The position numbers and the translations under genes are program-made. The notes under the pieces are model-generated. The model was not told where the DNA came from. It did no database searches and saw nothing but the letters and a program-made list of their open reading frames with translations. A DNA stretch of 64,000 nucleotides from Eledone cirrhosa (lineage: Eukaryota): assembly GCA_964016885.1 (NCBI GenBank), contig OZ024742.1, positions 42,842,001 through 42,906,000 on the forward strand. The letters are read 5' to 3'. Shown in pieces: positions 50,811 to 61,246 of the stretch. Numbering within the stretch: position 1 is the stretch's first letter; every line of letters starts with the position of its first letter.

Positions 50811-52630
50811 TAACAGCAACATCTGCTCAAGGGTCAAGGTGAACGGTTACCTCTCGGAGCCGTTCCATATTACGCGATCCATTCGACAGGGATGCCCTCT
50901 CTCCTCCCTTCTGTACGTACTGACTCTCGAGCCACTACTGCGGAAGCTGGAGCTATTGCAGGGCATCCCTCTGGAACGGGGACTGCGGAAAGCGGCGTCG
51001 GCCTACGCCGACGACGTGACAGTAATGGTGTCGAGCGCCTCGCAAATCGAGAAAGTCGGCACCTTACTAAAGGAATACGAAAGTCTCACAGGAGCGAAGC
51101 TGAACCGGGACAAGTCCATCGGTTTGCAACTCGGATCGTGGAGAGGCAGACCGATGCCTTCCGATGGCGTCGTCGGACGCTGGACGGAAGGACCGGTAAA
51201 GCTGCTCGGGGTCTGGTTTGGTCCGGACCTCCAGGTGGAGAAGAACTGGAACGAAGTGACGGCCAAGGTGTTTGCACTCACCCAGAAGTGGGCCGAGTGC
51301 AAACTATCCTTGAAAGGTCGAGCGGAGGTGGCGAACACTTTTATAGCGTCCGCCATCTACTACCGCTTGACCATCGTGCCTTGTCCAGCCAAAACGCTCG
51401 CCAAAATGGAGCGCGCCCTCTTCCGATTCCTTTGGAAGAGGCGGGCTCCTTTGGTAAGAAGATCCATCTGCTGCCAACACCCTTCTAACGGAGGGCTGGG
51501 GATGCCGTGGTTGACGATGCGCAAACACGCGCTCAGGCTGCGGCATCTCTACGTATTCCTCACCGGACAACCGGTGTGGGCCCCGTTCGTGAGGCGAGCC
51601 TTCCCACGACTCGTCTCGCTGACCGAGCTGCAGTCCTGGGTCAAGCAGAGACCGAGGAAAATGGGCGACTGGCACATCGAATGTGCTCAGGCGCTCACAG
51701 CCCTCTGGCAGGCGGACCCGGCGATCAGTGGAGACTCCACTTCGTCATTCTATAGAGGGTTGGTCCGCAGCAAGTGCGACGACGCGCTCGGTGAAACTCT
51801 AGGCGTAGAGGAAGATGAACTGGCCAGTCTGTTCGGTAGGACCTTCCGCCCGGGACCGATGGACAACTTCCAAAAGTCCCTGGCTTGGCAGTGCTACCGA
51901 GGAGCTCTACCAGTTCGAGACAAGCTCTACAGACATGGGCGCCCGGGCAGGGACCCTGCAAAAAAGATCTGTCCGAGGTGCGTGCGAGACGAAGAAACCG
52001 TCGCGCACGCATTCATACACTGCTCGGGCGTCACTGACCTGTGGGGCTATGTAGAACGACTATTGTCGCGGGTGGGACCAATCCGGTTGACCACCGAGTC
52101 CATTGTCATGATCAAACCGCCACCCTCCTTCAAAAACGAAGGAGAGGCGGTTTTCCTTTGTGTGATAGCTATGGCGAAAGAGGTTGTATGGTGGACAAGG
52201 TTGAAAGGGCTGAGGTCAGACACCTTTCTCTCCGGCCAACAACTGATTCTTTTTTTCAAATACCACTTTGGAAGAAGAATCAGGATGGAGAGAGAGGTGC
52301 TGTACCCCAGCAAGTTTTATGAAAGGTGGGTGAAAGTGGCGAGAATGGCCCGAGTGAATGGGCCTTCTCTCTATGTCAGCCTGTAGGTTGAGGAAAAGGA
52401 GGAGGAGAGGAAAGGAGTACAAGCTCTTCGTACTCCTGGAGATGAGGGTTGCACATTTTTTTTCGGGGGTATGTGTTACCCATATAAACTGTCTCCCTCT
52501 ATTGGGGAAAATCGACTAACTTTTAAATTCCATCTGTGATAACATTTTACACGTTTTTATTGTATGTAAACTTCCCCCTTTGTATTTGTCCCCTTCTTTT
52601 GTGCCCCTGTGGCTAATAAAGAAATATATC
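50811..52630 (+). mobile_element. 5'-truncated Tx1 copy T2, near-identical duplicate of T1
   Basis: Same truncation point (aacagcaacatctgc), 1835-bp period, few substitutions. Confidence 0.93.
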
Positions 52631-52832
52631 TTGATAGAGTAAGACACGCTTCACATCGGCTCCGCTATTCCATCGGAATTTACCCTTACTATAGTAAGTA
52701 CCAGAGAATTTTTTCAGTGCAACACATTTGAAACACCTACCCCTGTTATTTAGGGAAACATTTTTACATTTACCCCCTTTTTAGGGGGTAAAATAAATAT
52801 CTATTTTTCTGTAAAATCTCTTTCTCGACAGC

Positions 52833-54687
52833 ATGGCGGAAAAGATGGCAGACATGTCTGCCATTAGCTCTGCCACGCCCCCCAAGTCTGAAGAACAAAA
52901 AGAAATAGATACAACAAAACTAGACAACGAAACAAACAAGGAAAATGAAAAAAACAAATGTTACGGAAAATGAGCAAACGGAAAACAAACAAACAGAAAA
53001 TAAGAACACAAATAACAACAAGGCAACTTTCGCCCAGAAAACAAAACAGTCCATAACATATACACCAATAGACTTAACTGCCGCCAGAGAAAAACTGGCC
53101 GAAGCAAAGAAACACATAGTCTTGGGGGAGAACGGAATGTTTTCCATTAACTCCCCCCCAGAATTCAAGAAAGCGAGAACAGAGAGCACAGTTCTCTTCA
53201 GAACAATATTAAACCAAACGAGAAAGCCATCACAGCCCAGCCAAATGGAGATAGAGTTGGTCCTAAAAGACTATATGAAGAATATTCTCTTCATACGAAA
53301 GGACCGACTCTATGGAAGCATTTCGGTCTTAACAAAAGACAAGGAAACGGCGCAGAAGCTTTCCCTAAGCCCACTCTCATCAACAACATACAGCTTCTAT
53401 CCCTCCTACATGGGTAGAAGAACACAGAGAGTCAAAATACAAACAATGCTGCCCACAATGGACTTCTGGTGGGCTATTGCTGGCTTCATAGGCATGGGCG
53501 AGGACACAGTGCTGTCAATGGGGAAGGCATCTGGAGATGCGTTCCTGGGAATGGGCCTCGACCTACTAGTCCAAATGAGGCCCGAAAGAGTGGCACAAAT
53601 CCCGGATCGCATCTGGCTGGATGACCTCACCCCAATAGATATAATTGTAGAGGGGAGTAGACCAGCATGCTATTTATGCACGGAAAGGGGACACGTTAAG
53701 GCTAACTGCCCGAAACGTATCCCCCAAATAGGACTATTGCCCACACCCACCACAAACAGTACACCAACACCACCCACCTCCAAAAATACACTAATACCAC
53801 ACACAGCAAACAAAATACAGACACCACCAACCACAAGCACAACACAAACATCACCACCACCAGTACCAAACACAAGCACGACACAAAAATCACCACCACC
53901 ATCACCAACCACAACACAAACACCACCACCATCATCACCAACCACAAGCACGACACAAACATCACCACCACCACCACAAAACGCATTCCAAACAAATAAC
54001 AAAAAAAACAGCAACAAATCTACCCCTCCCGCAAAAAAAAACAACCAGACACCACGTCCCTCCCACCTAGCGCTGAAGAGTTTCCCCCAACTTCTGAAGA
54101 AGAAGGAGGAGAAGCCTTCAGACAAGTTAAAAGAAAAAAAAGAAAGCACACACCCAGCACACCACAAATAACCCACACACAAACACCAACTCCAATCAAA
54201 AACACCCCACCCTCAACAAACAGAATTAAAGCTGCGCCTCCCCTCTCCGAAACATTGACAGCATCACAAAAAAAGACGTTGCAATACACATATATAAATA
54301 AAGAAAACAAAAAACTGTTTAAATTAATAAACAATAGCCCTTTGGTGCAGACCGAAGGGCCAAACTTTATCTCAACAGAGAACTTCACCCATTTAAAAAT
54401 GATAAAAGTCCCTCTGGACCTTTATCGTTCCTTAAAAGAACAATTTAGACAGGACGTGAGCCCCCCCCCCCCCCCCCTGTTTAAAACCGTTAAATCGCGT
54501 CCTCTTGAAAGATTTCCCCATAACCTCCCCTCTCCCTGACACAACTCCAAATACCCCAACCCCACCACTCTCGGGTACCCCCACACCACCACAAAACATC
54601 CCTCCACCCAACACACCTGACGCCATGGAAATTACACAACCCGGAGAGGTAGGTGCTTTTCTTTCTTCACTTTCAACACCAAAATAG
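52833..54687 (+). pseudogene. T3 ORF1 (gag-like, CCHC knuckle, Pro/Thr-rich), frameshifted
   Basis: ATG at 52833; main frame 52945-54171 with CYLCTERGHVKANC; C-terminal pieces in other frames are homologous to T6 ORF1. Frameshifts fall near homopolymers. Confidence 0.82.
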
Positions 54688-57600
54688 ATCAATTGAGAGT
54701 TGGCTGTTTGAACGCGCGTGGCCTGGGCTCAGCTTGGAAGCAAGCAAAGCTTCTAAGTGACCTCAGGTCACGAAGTATAGATATGATGGTTGTTTGCGAG
54801 AGTCGGATCAGCAGCGTGCGGCAGCTGGCTCCCGCCTTCGATGACTTTGAGATGCACGCATCTCTCTGTCAACCCGGAGGCGGGGGGGGGGGAGTTGCCG
54901 TACTGCTGGATAAACGTCTGGCTCTCGACGTACAGATTGTTCACTCGGACCCGGGGGGTCGATTACTGGTGCTGGACGTCGGAGGCGGTGAAGGCGGGGC
55001 TTTCAGACTGGTCGGTCTTTATGCCCCCTTCGGGGCTGAAAGAGCCGACTTCTTCCAGCGTCTGGAGACTTTTCTAGGAACGTCGCGTTCCCTGCTTTTA
55101 GTGGGGGACTGGAATGGAATCCTAGATGCGCGTTGGGACTATGCAGGGGCATGTCCCGATAGAGGGGGGTGTAGCAGCCTCAAGGGGTTACTCGATCGAT
55201 TCGACCTGGTTGATAGATTTCGACTAGATTGTCCAACTGCGCCAACCTGGACCTGGGCAAACCGCAGTGGACAATCTAGATCGTACCTAGATAGGTTTTT
55301 GGTTAGGAGTAAGGATAGGGACGTATTTAGTTGTCCAGAATTGATCATGGTTGGCTATTCAGATCACAAATTAGTGACCTGCGTGGTCAACCTTGATAGA
55401 ACGCATAGACAGGGTCCCGGTTACTGGAAGATGAACTTGTCCTTGCCGGCAAAGAAAGATTACAGGAACCGGATTAGTAGCTTAGTTAAGATGCGGTTGA
55501 CGGGAGCGATCGTCAACAGCAGGTGGTGGGTATCTCTAAAGAGAGAGATTAGAGTAAGTTCGATAGGTTACAGTAAGGAACTAGCGGCGAATAGAAATAG
55601 GAAGGAAAGGGAGTTAACAGATAAACTAGAAGAGGCGATTAGGAGCGGAGACGTGGCCAGAGTATTAGCGGCGAGAACGGCGTTGAGCCAGTTCTTTGAC
55701 GCGAAGCACGAAGGCTGCGTTGTCCGAAGTAAAATACGTGCTTTAGGAAACGAGGGGACCAAAGCTGTTAGCTGGGCCCGCGTGACAGAAGCCAAGAGTG
55801 GGATTAAATCCACCATTCGGTCTTTGCGAGACCAGGATGGACGGGTGATCCTTGAACCTGAGCGGATGTGCGAGGCCTTTCAAAGGCACTTTGCTCGACT
55901 GTTCGGAGGTGGCGGGGGGCCGGACGGGGATGTGGACTTCGGTCCATACCTCGACGGTCTACCGCGTCTTTCGAGCGGCGAAGCGGAGTGCTGCGAAAGG
56001 CCAATCACAGCCACTGAAATCGGGGAAGCGCTCAGCCAATGCAGCAGACGCAAATCTCCGGGTTTCGATGGTCTACCATACGAACTTTATTTAGCTATGC
56101 CGGTCTTGTTCTCCGAACTCCTCGAGGCTGTCTATTGCAACTGGCAACAGAACGGGAGAATTCCCTGTTCTGTGACCAAGGGCGTGGTCACGCTAGTGAG
56201 GAAGGACGAGAGCAAGGGGGACGACTTAAGTAACTTTAGGCCCATAACTCTGCTGAATGCAGAGTTACAGATTTTGGCCAAGGTGTTGGCGAAGAGGTTG
56301 GCGCTTGTGGTGGGTGGTTTGGTGGGAGACGCGCAGACATGCGCTATCCCGTCCAGGTCCATTCACGACAACCTCCACCTCATGCGATACATCGTAGAGA
56401 GGGTTGGCAACGAACCCGGCTTTGGTGGGGCCCTGATCAACTTGGATCAATCTAAGGCGTTCGATAGGGTCGACCATGGTTACCTGGATGCGGTGCTAGC
56501 GGCGGCGGGCTTCGGACCTGTTTTCAGGGGCTGGATTTCTGCCATGCACAGTGGCAACATCTACTCTAGGATTAAAGTAAACGGCTACCTCTCGGAGCCG
56601 TTTCAAATCACCCGGTCCATCAGACAGGGGTGCCCCCTCTCCTCCCTTCTGTACGTATTGACTCTTGAGCCACTGCTGCGGAAGTTGGAGTTGCTGCGGG
56701 GCATACCCCTGGAACCGGGATTGCACAAAGCGGTCTCGGCCTATGCCGACGGCGTAACAGTAATGGTGGCGGACGCCTCGGAAATCGGGGCGATCGCCAC
56801 CCTACTGGAGGAATACGAAAGGCTGACGGGGGCTAGGCTGAATCGGGACAAGTCAGTCGGTTTGAAACTCGGAACGTGGAGGGGCAAACCGATGCCGTTA
56901 GACGGTGTCGTCGGGCGGTGGACGGAGGGCCCAGTGAAGCTGCTCGGGGTCTGGTTCGGAACGGACCTCCAGGTGGAGAAGAATTGGGACGAGGTGACGA
57001 GCAGGGTGTTTGCGCTGACCCAGAAGTGGGCCAAGTGCAAACTATCACTGAAAGGTCGGGCGGAGGTGACGAACGCTTACATAGCGTCCGTCATTTACTA
57101 CCGCATGACCGTCGTGCCTTGCCCCAAGGAAAAGCTCACCATCATGGAACGCATGCTCTTCCAGTTCCTCTGGAAGAAGCGGCCTCCCATGGTGAGGAGA
57201 TCCATCTGCTGCCAGCACCCTTCGAAAGGAGGGCTGGGTATGCCGTGGCTGTTGATGCGTAGGCACGCATTGAGGCTACGGCATCTACAGGTATTCCTCA
57301 CCGGTCAGCCGGTGTGGGCCCCGTTTGTGAGGCGAGCCTCCCCACAGCTCGTCTCGCTCACCGAGCTGCAATCCTGGGTGAAGCAAAGACCGAGAAAACT
57401 GGGCAACTGGCACACCGAGTGTGCCCAGGCGCTCACGGCTCTCTGGCAAGCGGACCCGACTGTCAGTGGAGAATCCACCTCGACATTCTATAGAGGGCTG
57501 GTGGCTAGCAGGGGCGACGACACCCTTGGAGAGTCGCTAGGCATGGAGGAGGACGAACTGGCCAGCCTGTTCGGTAGAACTTTCGGCCCGGGACCCATGG

Positions 57601-58124
57601 ACAACTTCCAGAGGTCCCTAGCCTGGCAGTGTTACCGGGGGGCTCTGCCCGTTCGAGAAAAGCTCTACAGACACGGGCGCCCGGGCAGGGATCCAGCGAA
57701 AAAGATCTGTCCCAGATGCGTGCGCGACGAGGAAACCGTTGCGCATGCACTGGTACACTGCCCGGGCGTTGCCGATCTGTGGGGCTACGTCGAACGACTG
57801 CTGTCGCGTGTGGCGCCGATTCGATTAACCGCCGAGTCTGTGGTGAACATCAAGCCGCCTCCTCCCTTCAGAAATGAAGCAGAGGCGGTCTTTCTGTGCG
57901 TAATAGCCATGATGAAAGAGGTTGTGTGGTGGACGCGCCTGAAAGGTCTGAGGTCGGGTGACTTTCTCTCCGGCCATCACCTGGTTTACTTCTTCCGATA
58001 CCACTTCGGAAGAAGGATCAGGATGGAGAGAGAAGTGCTTGGCCCCAGACAGTTTTATGAAAGGTGGGTGAAAGAAGCGAGAATGGCTCGTGTAAATGGG
58101 CCTTCTCTCTACATTGTTCTGTAG
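54684..58124 (+). CDS. T3 ORF2: APE endonuclease, reverse transcriptase and C-terminal zinc finger (YADG variant, no ATG)
   Basis: GCLNARGL, LVGDWN, SYLDRFLV, YSDHK; KSPGFDG, FRPITLLN, LDQSKAFDRVDH, QGCPLS, YADG; CPRC...HALVHC. Confidence 0.93.
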   Translation: MDQLRVGCLNARGLGSAWKQAKLLSDLRSRSIDMMVVCESRISSVRQLAPAFDDFEMHASLCQPGGGGGGVAVLLDKRLALDVQIVHSDPGGRLLVLDVGGGEGGAFRLVGLYAPFGAERADFFQRLETFLGTSRSLLLVGDWNGILDARWDYAGACPDRGGCSSLKGLLDRFDLVDRFRLDCPTAPTWTWANRSGQSRSYLDRFLVRSKDRDVFSCPELIMVGYSDHKLVTCVVNLDRTHRQGPGYWKMNLSLPAKKDYRNRISSLVKMRLTGAIVNSRWWVSLKREIRVSSIGYSKELAANRNRKERELTDKLEEAIRSGDVARVLAARTALSQFFDAKHEGCVVRSKIRALGNEGTKAVSWARVTEAKSGIKSTIRSLRDQDGRVILEPERMCEAFQRHFARLFGGGGGPDGDVDFGPYLDGLPRLSSGEAECCERPITATEIGEALSQCSRRKSPGFDGLPYELYLAMPVLFSELLEAVYCNWQQNGRIPCSVTKGVVTLVRKDESKGDDLSNFRPITLLNAELQILAKVLAKRLALVVGGLVGDAQTCAIPSRSIHDNLHLMRYIVERVGNEPGFGGALINLDQSKAFDRVDHGYLDAVLAAAGFGPVFRGWISAMHSGNIYSRIKVNGYLSEPFQITRSIRQGCPLSSLLYVLTLEPLLRKLELLRGIPLEPGLHKAVSAYADGVTVMVADASEIGAIATLLEEYERLTGARLNRDKSVGLKLGTWRGKPMPLDGVVGRWTEGPVKLLGVWFGTDLQVEKNWDEVTSRVFALTQKWAKCKLSLKGRAEVTNAYIASVIYYRMTVVPCPKEKLTIMERMLFQFLWKKRPPMVRRSICCQHPSKGGLGMPWLLMRRHALRLRHLQVFLTGQPVWAPFVRRASPQLVSLTELQSWVKQRPRKLGNWHTECAQALTALWQADPTVSGESTSTFYRGLVASRGDDTLGESLGMEEDELASLFGRTFGPGPMDNFQRSLAWQCYRGALPVREKLYRHGRPGRDPAKKICPRCVRDEETVAHALVHCPGVADLWGYVERLLSRVAPIRLTAESVVNIKPPPPFRNEAEAVFLCVIAMMKEVVWWTRLKGLRSGDFLSGHHLVYFFRYHFGRRIRMEREVLGPRQFYERWVKEARMARVNGPSLYIVL

Positions 58125-58435
58125 GTGAAGAAGTGAAGAGGAAAGGGGGAGAGCCTCCTCTCTGGGCTTCCCCCGCGAAAAGGGTTGCACACTTTTCGGG
58201 GGTATGTGCAATCCCCAACACGCCCCCTCCCTTTTGAGGACTTTTTATTATTATATTATTATTGTTATTCCTTTTTTTTCTTTACTCGATTTATGTAAAC
58301 TCCGCCACTGTGTATTTGTCCCCTTCTTTTGTGCCCTCGTGGCAAATAAATAGAAATCTATCTATTTCTCTCTCTATCAGACGTGTGTAACTTCGCGGAG
58401 AAGTTTCCGTTAATTTATGTAAGAAAAAAACGTGA

Positions 58436-59932
58436 TGTATGTAATGACTCTAGAGCCACTGCTGCGGAAGTTGGAGTTGTTGCAGGGCATCCCGTTGGAA
58501 CCGGGATTGCGGAAAGCGGTGTCGGCCTACGCCGACGACGTAACAGTAATGGTGTCTACGGCCTCGGAAATCGGGGCGATCGGCACCTTACTGGAGGAGT
58601 ACGAAAGGTTTACAAGGGCTAAGCTGTGCCTTGCCCAATGGAAACGCTCGCCAAAATGGAGCGCGCACTCTTCCAATTCCTTTGGAAGAAGCGGGCTCCT
58701 ATGGTGAGGAGATCCATCTGCTGTCAACACCCTTCGAAAGGAGGGCTGGGGATGCCGTGGCTAATGATACGTAAACACGCATTAAGGCTACGGCACCTCC
58801 AGGTATTCCTCTCCGGTCAACCGGTGTGGGCCCCGTTTGTGAGGCGAGCCTTTCCCAGACTCGTCTCACTCACCGAGCTGCAATCCTGGGTCAAGCAAAG
58901 ACCGAGAAAACTGGGCGCCTGGCACACCGAGTGTGCCCAGGCGCTCACGGCTCTCTGGTAGGCGGACCCGACTGTCAGTGGAGAATCCACCTCGTCATTC
59001 TCTAGAGGGCTGGTGGTTAGCAGGTGCGACGACGCCCTCGGAGAAGCCCTCGGCATGGAGGAAGACGAACTGGCCAACCTGTTCGGTAGGACATTCAGCC
59101 CGGGACCCATGGATAACTTCCAGAGGTTCCTGGCCTGGCAGTGCTACAGAAGGGCTCTGCCCGTTCGAGAAAGGCTCTACAGACACGGGCGCCTGGGTAG
59201 GGAGCCTCGAAAAAGACCTGTCCCAGATGCGTGTGCGACGAGGAAACCGTTGCACACGCATTGGTACACTGCTCGGGCATTGCTGATCTGTGGGGCTATG
59301 TCGAACAACTGCTGTCAAGCGTGGGACCGATCCGGTTGACCACCGAGTCTATTGTAACGATCAAGCCGCCTCCCCTCTTCAAAAACGAAGGAGAGGCGGT
59401 GTTTTTGTGCGTAATAGCCATGGCGAAAGAGGTTGTATGGTGGACGCGTCTGAAAGGACTGAGGTCAGACACCTTTCTCTCTGGCCAACAACTGGTCCGT
59501 TTCTTCCGATATCATTTCGGAAGAAGGATCAGGATGGAGAGAGAGGTGCTACACCCCAGCCGTTTTTATGAAAGATGGGTGAAAGTGGCGAGAATGGCCC
59601 GTGTGAATGGGCCTTCACTCTACATCAGACTATAGGTGAGGAAGATGAAAGACCAAGGGAGCACCCCTTCTCTGTGCTCCTGAGGAAAAGGGTTGCACAC
59701 TTTTTTTCGGGGGTGTGTGCAACCCACAAGGCGCCTCCTCTCTATTGAGGATTTTGTTATAAATTTTATTCTGTTATATTTTATTATATTTTTATATTTT
59801 GTTATTGCCTCCTCCTTATTGAGGACGCCTTGTTTTGTAAACTTCCCCCTTTGTATTTGTCCCCTTCTTTTGTGCCCCTGTGGCTAATAAAGAAATATAT
59901 CTATCTATCTATCTATCTATCTATCTCTCTAT
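58436..59932 (+). mobile_element. 5'-truncated, decayed Tx1 copy T4
   Basis: Starts within RT; internal deletion at ~58625, TAG at 58959-61, frameshift at ~59200; (TATC)n tail. Confidence 0.9.
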
Positions 59933-61029
59933 CCGCATTAAGGCTACGGCACCTACAGGTATTCCTCACTGGTCAACCGGTGTGGGCTCCGTTCGTGAAA
60001 CGAGCCTTTCCGAGACTCGTCTCACTCACCGAGCTACAGTCCTGGGTCAAGCAAAGATCCGGAAAACTGGGAGACTGGCACACTGAGTGTGCTCAGGCGC
60101 TCAGGGCTCTCTGGCAAGCGGGCCGGGCCATCGGTGGAGAATCCACCTCATCATTCTATAGAGGGCTGGTGGCTAGCAGGGGCGATGACACCCTTGGAGA
60201 ATCGCTGGACATGGAAGAAGACGAACTGGCCAGCCTGTTCGGTAGGACTTTCGGCCCAGGACCAATGGACAACTTCCAGAAGTCACTGGCCTGGCAGTGC
60301 TACCGAGGGGCTCTACCCGTTCGAGAGAGGCTCTACAGACACGGGCGCCCGGGCAGGGATCCCTCAAAAAAGATTTGCCCTAGATGCGTGCGTCACGAAG
60401 AAACCGTAGCGCACGCATTGGTGCAATGTCCGGGCGTGGCTGATCTGTGGGGCTACGCCGAACAACTGCTGTCGCGGGTGGCGCCGATTAAATTGACCGC
60501 CGAGTCCGTGATGACAATCAAACCGCCTCCCCTCTTCACAAAGGAAGCAAAGGCGGTTTTTCTGTGCGTAATAGCCATGTTGAAAGAGGTTGTTTGGTGG
60601 ACACGATTGAAAGGTCTGAGGTCAGGCAACTTCCTCTCTGGCCATAGTCTGGTCTACTTCTTCCGATATCACTTCGGAAGAAGGATAAGAATGGAGAGAG
60701 AGGTGCTTGGCCACAGGCAGTTTTATGAAAGGTGGGTGATAGTGGCGAGAATGGCTCGTGTAAATGGGCCTTCTCTGTATACCATCCTGTAGGTAAAGAA
60801 GTAAAGGAGAGGGGAGCACCTTCTCCATGTGCTCCCCGGGCAAAGGATTGCACACTTTTTCGGGGGTGTGTGCAACCCCCATCACGTCCCCTCCCTTTTG
60901 AGGTTATTTTCGATTATTTTCATGTTACACCCTTTTTACTCGATTATATGTAAACTCCCCCTTTGTATTTGTCCCTTCTTTTTATGCCTTTATGGTAAAT
61001 AAAGAAATCTATCTATCTATCTCTCTATC
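59933..61029 (+). mobile_element. 5'-truncated Tx1 copy T5
   Basis: Starts at ALRLRHLQ, stop at 60792, then 3' UTR and TATC tail. Confidence 0.9.
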
Positions 61030-61246
61030 AGTCGTGTGTCACTTCGCGGAGAAGTTTCCGTTAATTTATGTAAGGAAAAAGCGTGAGTTTTTAGTTCAAT
61101 TTTATATCATTGTGTAACTTGACCACCCGTCTGGACCTTCAGGTGGTGGGTCAACTCATTTTCGCCCCTTCAGGGGCGGAATATCCATTTAAAAAATTTT
61201 TCTCCATCGAATCTTGGAAAAAATATTGTAAAATTTTGATTACGTT

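Larger units (their letters stand above)
52631..58378 (+). mobile_element. Full-length Tx1/L1-clade element T3
   Basis: 5' UTR, ORF1, ORF2 (APE-RT-CCHC), 3' UTR, AATAAA and TATC/TC tail. Confidence 0.93.

Noticed and set aside
49057-60953. Numerous overlapping alternative-frame and antisense ORFs in the Tx1 copies
   Set aside because: By-products of GC-rich ORF2 coding sequence; not kept open across subfamilies.
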